A stretch of DNA of 64,000 bases from Eledone cirrhosa. Taxonomy: Eukaryota. This document shows positions 55,901 through 64,000 of the stretch, one piece after another; within the stretch, counting starts at the first letter, position 1, and every line of letters starts with the position of its first letter. Both the position numbers and the translations under genes were made by a program. The stretch spans positions 8,060,001 through 8,124,000 of the forward strand of contig OZ024744.1 in the NCBI GenBank assembly GCA_964016885.1, written 5' to 3'. A model generated the notes under the pieces. That model made no database searches. It was not told the DNA's origin and saw only the letters and a program-made list of their open reading frames with translations.

Positions 55901-58900
55901 ATACTAGGGTGGTGGATTGTTAGTATTGGTAGAGAGTTTGACACCATACTAGGGTGGTAGATTGGTTGTATTGGTAGAGTGTGTGACACCATACTAGGGT
56001 GGTGGATTGGTAGTATAGGTAGAGGGTGTGACAACATGTTAGGGTGGTGGATTGGTAGTATTGGTAGAGGATGTGACACCAAACTAGGGTGGTGGATTTG
56101 TAGTATAGGTAGAGGGTGTGACACCATACTAGGGTGGTGGATTGGTAGTATTGGTAGAGGGTGTGACACCATACTAGTGTGGTGGATTAGTAGTATTAAT
56201 AGAGGATGTGACACCATACTAGGTTGGTGGATTGGTAGTATATGTAGAGGGTGTGACACCATACTAAGGTGGTGGAATGCTAGTATATGTAGAGGGTGTG
56301 ACACAAAACTATGGTAGTGGATTGGTAGTATAGGTAGAGGGTGTGACATCATACTAGTATGGTGGATTGGTAGTATAGGTAGAGGGTGTGACAGCATACT
56401 AGGGTGGTGGATTGACAGTATTGGTAGAGGGTGTGACACCATACTAGGGTGGTATGTAGGTAGTATTGTTAGAGGGTGTGATACCATACTAGGGTGGTGG
56501 ATTGGTAGTATTGGTAGAAGGTGTGACACCTTACTAGTGTGGAAGATGTGTAGTATTGGTAGAGGGTATGACACCATACTAGGGTGGTGGATTGGTAGTA
56601 TAGGTAGAGGGTGTGAAACCATACTAGCGTTTTGGATTGACAGTATAGGTAGAGGGTGTGACACCATACTATGTTGGTGGATTGGTAGTATAGGTAGAGG
56701 GTGTGACACCATACTAGGGTGGTGGATTGGTAGTATAGGTAGAGGGTGTGACGCCAAACTATGGTAGTGGATTGGTAGTATAGGTAGAGGGTGTGACACC
56801 ATACTAGTGTGGTGGATTGGTAGTATAGGTAGAGGGTGTGACACCATACTAGGGTGGTAGATAGGTAGTATTTGTAGAGGGTGTGATACCATACTAGGGT
56901 GGTGGATTGGTAGTATTGGTATAGGGTGTGACACCATGTTAGGGTGGTAGATTGGTAGTATTGGTAGAGTGTGTGACACCATACTAGGGTGGTGGATTGG
57001 TAGTATTGGTAGAGGGTGTGACACCATACTAGGTTGGTGGATTGATAGTATAGGTAGAGGGTGTGACACCATACTAGGGTGGCGGATTGGTAGTATAGGT
57101 AGAGGGTGTGACACCATACTAGTATGGTAGATTGGTAGTATAGGTAGAGGGTGTGACAGCATACTAGGGTGGTGGATTGACAGTATTGGTAGAGTGTGTG
57201 ACACCATACTAGGGTGGTAGATAGGTAGTATACGTAGACGGTGTGATACCATACTAGGGTGGTGGATTGGTAGTATTGGTATAGGGTGTGACACCATACT
57301 AGGGTGGTAGATAGGTAGTATTGGTAGAGGGTGTGATACCATACTAGGGTGGTGGATTGTTAGTATTGGTACAGGGTGTGACACCATACTAGGGTGGTAG
57401 ATTGGTAGTATTGGTAGAGGGTGTGACACCATACTAGGGTGGTGGATTGGCAGTATAGGTAGAGGTTGTGACACCATGTTAGGGTGGTAGATTGGTAGTA
57501 TAGGTAGAGTGTGTGACAGCATACTAGGGTGGTGGATTGGTAGTATAGGTAGAGGGTGTAATACTATAATCGGGTGGTGGATTGCTTGTATTGGTAGAGG
57601 ATGTGACACCATTCTAGGGTGGTAGATTGGTAGTATAGGTAGAGGGTGTGACACCATGGTAGGGTGGTAGATTGGTAGTATTAGTAGAGGGTGTGACACC
57701 ATACTAGGGTGGTGGATTGGTAGTATTGGTAGAGGGTGTGACACCATATTATGTTGGTGGATTAGTAGTATTGGCAGAGGGTGTGACACCATACTAGGGT
57801 GGTGGATTGGTAGTATAGGTAGAGGGTGTGATACCATACTAAGGTGGTCGATTGGTAGTATAGTTAGAGGGTGTGTCACAATACTAGGATGGTGGATTGC
57901 TAGTATAGGTAGAGGGTGTGACACCATACTAGGGTGGTAGATTGGTAGTATAGGTAGAGGGTGTGACACCATGTTAGGGTGGTGGATTGGTAGTATTGGT
58001 CGAGGGTGTGACACCATGTTAGGGTGGTGGATTGGTAGTATAGGTATACGGTGTGACACCATACTAGGGTGGTAGATAGGTAGTATTGGTAGAGGGTGTG
58101 ACACCATGGTAGGGTGGTAGATTGGTTGTATTAGTAGAGGGTGTGAAACCATACTAGGGTGGTGGATTGACAGTATAGGTAGAGGGTGTGACACCATACT
58201 AGGGCGGTGGGTTGGCAGTATAGGTAGAGGGTGTGACACCATACTAGTATGGTGGATTGGCAGTATAGGTAGAGGGTGTGACACCATACTACTATGGTGG
58301 ATTGGTAGTATAGGTAGAGGGTGTGATCCCATACTAGGTTGGGTGATTGGTAGTATAGGTAGAGGGTGTGACACCATACCAGGTGGTGGATTGGTAGTGT
58401 AGGTAGAGGGTGTGACACCATACTAGGGTGGTGGATTGGTAGTATTGGTAGCGGTTGTGACACCATACTAGGGTGGTAGATAGGTAGTATTTGTAGAGGG
58501 TGTGATACCATACTAGGGTGGTGGATTGGTAGTATTGGTATAGGGTGTGACACCATACTAGGGTGGAAGATAGGTAGTATTGGTAGAGGGTGTGATACCT
58601 TACTAGGGTGGTGGATTGGTAGTAGTGGTAGAGGGTGTGATACCATAATAGGATGGTAGATTGACAGTAGATGTAGAGGGTGTGATACCATACTAGTATG
58701 TTGGATTGTTAGTATTGGTAGAGGGTGTGACACCATACTAGTGTGGTGGATTGGTAGTATTGGTAAAGAGTTTGACACCATACTAGGGTGGTAGATTGGT
58801 AGTATTGGTAGAGTGTGTGACACCATACTAGGATGGTGGATTGGTAGTATTGGTAGAGGGTGTGACACCATACTAGGTTGGTGGATTGGTAGTATAGGTA

Positions 58901-61900
58901 GAGGGTGTGACACCATACTAGGGTGGGGGATTCGTAGTATTGGTAGAGGGTGTGACACCATGTTAGGGTGGTGGATTGGTAGTATTGGTAGAGGGTGTGA
59001 CACCATACTAGTGTGGTGTATTGGTAGTATAGGTAGAGGGTGTGACACCATAATAGGGTGGTAGATTGGTAGTATTGGTAGAGGGTGTGACACCATACTT
59101 GGGTGGGGGATTCGTAGTATTGGTAGAGGGTGTGACACCATGTTAGGGTGGTAGATTGGAAGTATAGTTAGAGTGTGTGACAGCACACGATGGTGGTGAA
59201 TTGTTAGTATAGGTAGAGGGTCTGACACCATGTTAGGGTGGTGGATTGGTAGTATTGGTAGAGCGTGTGACACCATGTTAGGGTGGTGGATTGGTAGTAT
59301 AGGTAGAGGTTGTGACACCATAGTTGTGTGGTGGATTGGTAGTGTAGGTAGAGGTTGTGACACCATACTAGGGTGGTGGATTTTTAGTATATGTAGAGGG
59401 TGTGACAGCATACTAGTGTGGTGGATTGGTAGTATAGTTAGAGGGTGTGATACCATACTAGAGTGGAGGATTGGTAGTATTGGTAGAGGGGGTGACACCA
59501 TACTAGGGTGGTAGATAGGTAGTATTGGTAGAGGGTGTGACACCATACTAGGGTGGTAGATTGGTAATATTGATAGAGGGTGTGACACCATACTAGGGTG
59601 GTGGATTGATAGTATAGGTAGAAGGTGTGACACCATACTAGGGTGGTAGATTGGTAGTATAGGTAGAGGGTGTGACACCATACTAGCGTGTTAGATTGGT
59701 AGTATTGGTAGAGGGTGTGACACCATACTAGGGTGGTGTATTGGTAGAGGGTGTGACACAATACTAGGGTGGATGAATGGTAGTATTGGTAGAGTGTGTG
59801 AAACCATGTTAGGGTTGTGGATTGGTAGTATTGGTAGAGGGTGTGACACCATGGTAGGATGGTGGATTGGTAGTATTGGTAGAGGGTGTGACACCATGTT
59901 AGGGTGGTGGATTGGTAGTATAGGTAGAGGGTGTGACACCATCTTAGGCTGGCTGATTAGTAGTATTGGTAGAGGGTTTGACACCATACTAGGGTGGTGG
60001 ATTGGTAGTATAGTTAGAGGGTGTGACACCATGTTAGGATGGTGGATTGGTAGTATAGGTAGAGGGTGTGACACCATACCAGCTGGTGGATTGGTAGTAT
60101 AGTTAGAGGGTGTGACATAATACTACGGTGGTGGATTGGTAGTATAGGTATTGGGTGTGGCACCATACAAGGGTGGTGGATTGGTAGTATTGGTAGAGGG
60201 TGTGACACCATACTAGGGTGGTAGATTGGTAGTATAGGTAGAGGGTGTGATACCATACTAGGGTGGTGTATTGGTAGTATAGGTAGAGGGTGTGACACCA
60301 TACTAGTGTGGTGGATTGGTAGTATTGGTAGAGGGTGTGACACCATACAAGGGTGGTAGATTGGTAGTATTGGTAGAGGGTGTGACACCATACCAGGTGG
60401 TGGATTGGTAGTATAGGTAGAGGGTGTGACACCATACTAGTGTGGTGGATTGGTAGTATTGGTAGAGGGTGCGACACCATACTAGGGTGGTGGATTGGTA
60501 GTATAGGTAGAGGGTGTGACACCATACTAGGGTGGTAGATTGGTAGTATTGGTAGAGGGTGTGACACCATACTAGGGTGGTGGATTGGTAGCATTGGTAG
60601 AGGGTGCGACACCATACTAGGGTGGTTGATTGGCAGTATAGGTAGAGGGTGTGACACCATACTAGGGTGGTAGATTGGTAGTATAGGTAGAGAGTGTAAC
60701 ACCATACTAGGGTGGTGGATTGGTAGTATAGGTAGAGGGTGTGATACCATACTTGGGTGGTTTATTGGTAGTATTGGTAGAGGGTGTGACACCATACTAG
60801 GGTGGTGGATAGGTAGTATAGGTACAGAGTGGGACACCATACTAGGGTGGTGTATTGGTAATATAGGTAGAGAGTGTGACACCATACTAGGGTGGTGGAT
60901 TGGTAGTATAGGTAGAGGGTGTGACACCATACTAGTGTGGTGGATTGGTAGTATAGGTAGAGGGTGTGACAGCATACTAGGGTGCTGGATTGACAGTATT
61001 GGTGGAGGGTGTGACACCATACTAGGGTGGTGGATTGGTAGAATTGTTAGAGGGTGTGACACCATACTAGGGTGGTGGATTGGTAGTATAGGTAGAGGGT
61101 GTGACACCATACTAGGGTGGTAGATTGGTAGTATTGGTAGAGGGTGTGACACCATACTAGGGTGGTGGATTGGCAGTATAGGTAGAGGGTGTGATACCAT
61201 ACTCGGGTGGTGGATTGGTAGTATTGGTAGAGGGTGTGACAGCATAAATGGGTGGTAGATAGGCAGTATTGGTAGAGGGTGTGACACCATACTAGGGCGG
61301 TAGATTGGTAGTATAGGTAGAGGGTGCGACACCATCTTAGGGTGGTGGATTGGTCGTATTGGTAGAGGGTGTGACACCATGTTAGGGTGGTGGATTGGAA
61401 GTATTGGTAGAGGGTGTGATACCATACTAGGGTGGTGGATTGTTAGTATTGGTAGAGGATGTGACACCATACTAGGGTGGTAGATTGGTAGTATTGGTAG
61501 AGGGTGTGATATCATACTAGGGTGTTGGATTGTTAGTATTGGTAGAGGGTGTGACACCATACTAGGGTGGTAGATTGGTAGTATTGGTAGAGGGTGTGAC
61601 ACCATACTAGGGTGGTGGATTGGCAGTATAGGTAGAGGGTGTGACACCATGTTACGGTGGTAGATTGGTAGTATAGGTAGAGGGTGAGACAGCATACTAG
61701 GGTGGTGGATTGGTAGTATTGGGAGAGGGTGTGATACCATACTAGGGTGGTGGATTGGTAGTATTGGTAGAGGGTGTGACACCATACTAGTGTGGTGGAT
61801 TGGTAGTATTGGTAGAGAGATTGACACCATACTAGGGTGGTAGATTGGTAGTATTGGTAGAGTGTGTGACACCATACTAGGGTGGTGGATTGGTAGTATA

Positions 61901-63302
61901 GGTAGAGGGTGTGACAACATGTTATGGTGGTGGATTGGTAGTATTGGTAGAGGATGTGACACCAAACTAGGGTGGTGGATTGGTAGTATTGGTAGAGGGT
62001 GTGACACCATACTAGTGTGGTGGATTGGTAGTATTGGTAGAGGGTGTGACACCATACAAGGTTGGTGGATTGGTAGTATATGTAGAGGGTGTGACACAAT
62101 ACTAGGGTGGTGGATTGCTAGTATAGGTAGAGGGTGTGACACAAAACTATGGTAGTGGATTGGTAGTATAGGTAGAGGGTGTGACATCATACTAGTATGG
62201 TGGATTGGTAGTATAGGTAGAGGGTGTGACAGCATACTAGGGTGGTGGATTGACAGTATTGGTAGAGGGTGTGACACCATACTAGGGTGGTAGGTAGGTA
62301 GTATTGGTAGATGGTTTGATAACATACTAGGGTGGTGGATTGGTAGTATTGGTAGAGGGTGTGACACCTTACTAGTGTGGTAGATATGTAGTATTGGTAG
62401 AGGGTATGACACCATACTAGGGTGGTGGATTGGTAGTATAGGTAGAGGGTGTGACACCATACTAGCGTTTTGGATTGACAGTATAGGTAGAGGGTGTGAC
62501 ACCATACTAGGCTGTTAGTTTGGTAGTATAGGTAGAGGGCGTGAAACCATGTTAGGGTGGTTTGATTGGTAGTATTGGTAGAGGGTGTGACACCATACTA
62601 GGGTGGTAGATTGCTAGTATTTGTAGAGGGTTTGATACCATACTAGTATGGTGGATTGGCAGTATAGGTAGAGGGTGTGACACCATTCTAAGGTGGTGGA
62701 TTGGTAGTATTGGTAGAGGGTGTGACACCATACTAGTGTGGTGGATTGGTAGTATTGGTAGAGAGTTTGACACCATACTAGGGTGGTAGATTGGTAGTAT
62801 TGGTAGAGTGTGTGACACCATACTAGGGTGGTGGATTGGTAGTATTGGTAGAGAGTTTGACACCATACTAGGTTGGTGGATTGGTAGTATAGGTAGAGGG
62901 TGTGACACCATACTAGGGTGGCGGATTGCTAGTATAGGTAGAGGGTGTGACACCAAACTCTGGTTGTGGATTGGTAGTATAGGTAGAGGGTGTGACACCA
63001 TACTAGTGCGGTGGATTGGTAGTATAGGTAGAGGGTGTCACAGCATACTTGGGTGGTGGATTGACAGTATTGGTAGAGGGTGTGACACCATACTAGGGTG
63101 GTAGATAGGTAGTACTTGTAGAGGGTGTGATACCATACTAGGGTGGTGGATTGGTAGTATTGGTATAGGGTGTGACACCATAGTAGGGTGATAGATAGGT
63201 AGTATTGGTAGAGGGTGTGATACCATACTAGGGTGGTGGATTGGTAGTATTGGTAGAGGGTGTGATACCATAATAGGGTGGTGGATTGGCAGTGTAGGTA
63301 GA

Positions 63303-63356
63303 GGGTGTGACACCATACTAGGGTGTGACACCATACTAGGGTGTGACACCATACTA
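63303..63356. repeat. 18-bp sub-repeat (GGGTGTGACACCATACTA) x3
   Basis: Read directly from the sequence; it translates as SMVSHPSMVSHPSMVSHP in ORF 63038..63982. Confidence 0.92.
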
Positions 63357-64000
63357 GGGTGGTGGATTGGTAGTATTGGTAGAGAGTTTGACACCATACT
63401 AGGGTGGTATATTGGTAGTATTGGTAGAGTGTGTGACACCATACTAGGGTGGTGGATTGGTAGTATTGGTAGAGGGTGTGACACCATACTAGGTTGGTGG
63501 ATTGGTAGTATAGGTAGAGGGTGTGACACCATACTAGGGTGGTGGATTGCTAGTATAGGTAGAGGGTGTGACGCCAAACTATGGTAGTGGATTGGTAGTA
63601 TAGGTAGAGGGTGTGACACCATACTAGTGTGGTGGATTGGTAGTATAGGTAGAGGGTGTGACACCATACTAGGGTGGTAGATAGGTAGTATTTGTAGAGG
63701 GTGTGATACCATACTAGGGTGGTGGATTGGTAGTATTGGTATAGGGTGTGACACCATGTTAGGGTGGTAGATTGGTAGTATTGGTAGAGTGTGTGACACC
63801 ATACTAGGATGGTGGATTGGTAGTATTGGTAGAGGGTGTGACACCATACTAGGTTGGTGGATTGATAGTATAGGTAGAGGGTGTGACACCATACTAGGGT
63901 GGTGGATTGGTAGTATAGGTAGAGGGTGTGACACCATACTAGTGTGGTGGATTGGTAGTATAGGTAGAGGGTGTGACAGCATACTAGGGTGGTGGATTGA

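Larger units (their letters stand above)
1..64000. repeat. 45-bp monomer tandem array (satellite/large minisatellite), about 1,420 copies, consensus GACACCATACTAGGGTGGTRGATTGGTAGTATWGGTAGAGGGTGT
   Basis: The 45-bp periodicity is visible on every line, and line patterns recur every 180 bp (4 monomers). Translations repeat every 15 aa. I saw no inversion or non-repeat insertion. Monomers typically differ from the consensus at 0-5 positions. Confidence 0.99.
46200..64000. repeat. Diverged higher-order repeats: ~7.3-7.4 kb period with a nested ~4.1-4.6 kb duplication
   Basis: The marker GCGTGTTAG is at 48223/55601/59686 and GCGTTTTGG at 50597/52011/56627/62465. The +1 insertion GGTTTGATT is at ~50691/~62559. 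Similar but non-identical ORFs: 48228/59691, 50684/62552, 54638/58813, 55353/59438, 55688/59773. Confidence 0.7.

Noticed and set aside
610-63982. All ORFs in the track as protein-coding genes
   Set aside because: They are translations of the 45-bp monomer in its three stop-free frames. They switch frame at 1-bp indels, overlap on both strands, and lack unique domains or termini.
1-64000. CRISPR array or other repeat-spacer system
   Set aside because: There are no unique spacers: variation is scattered point change along the whole monomer. No cas or other genes are present.
1-64000. Telomerase-synthesised telomere with a long repeat unit
   Set aside because: Monomers are heterogeneous, and their variants are inherited in kb-scale blocks, which indicates recombination or replication-based growth. 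TTAGGG occurs only singly within a variant monomer.
1-64000. Antigenic-variation cassettes or diversity-generating retroelement template/variable repeats
   Set aside because: No reverse transcriptase, recombinase or expression locus is present. Substitutions affect all four bases rather than being adenine-specific.
1-64000. Embedded transposon, inversion or unique island
   Set aside because: Reading through the window, I found no line departing from the monomer or switching to the C-rich orientation. A very short insertion could have been missed by eye.

Overview
The whole 64 kb window is one uninterrupted head-to-tail tandem array (satellite / very large minisatellite) of a 45-bp monomer, about 1,420 copies, all in the same orientation. 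It runs off both ends of the window. The + strand consensus read by eye is GACACCATACTAGGGTGGT(G/A)GATTGGTAGTAT(A/T)GGTAGAGGGTGT: 18 G, 4 C, 11 A, 12 T, about 49% GC, strongly G-skewed, no CpG. I found no unique sequence, credible gene, RNA gene, transposon or CRISPR array. The ORF track is explained by a monomer that is a multiple of 3 and open in three of six frames (MVSHPLPILPIHHPS, WCHTLYLYYQSTTLV, CDTILGWWIGSIGRG). The informative content is the order of monomer variants. It shows nested higher-order duplications with periods of 1800, 2834, 3055, 4180 and 14776 bp, older diverged periods of about 3.2, 4.1-4.6 and 7.3 kb, and small secondary repeats of 18 and 89 bp arising inside the array. 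It also shows microhomology-guided 9-bp deletions and a variant that perfects an 18-bp palindrome. The architecture is typical of eukaryotic satellite DNA, but organism and function cannot be determined from this window. I cannot support a novel gene system here. All comparisons were made by eye and from ORF-track offsets, so breakpoints are approximate.
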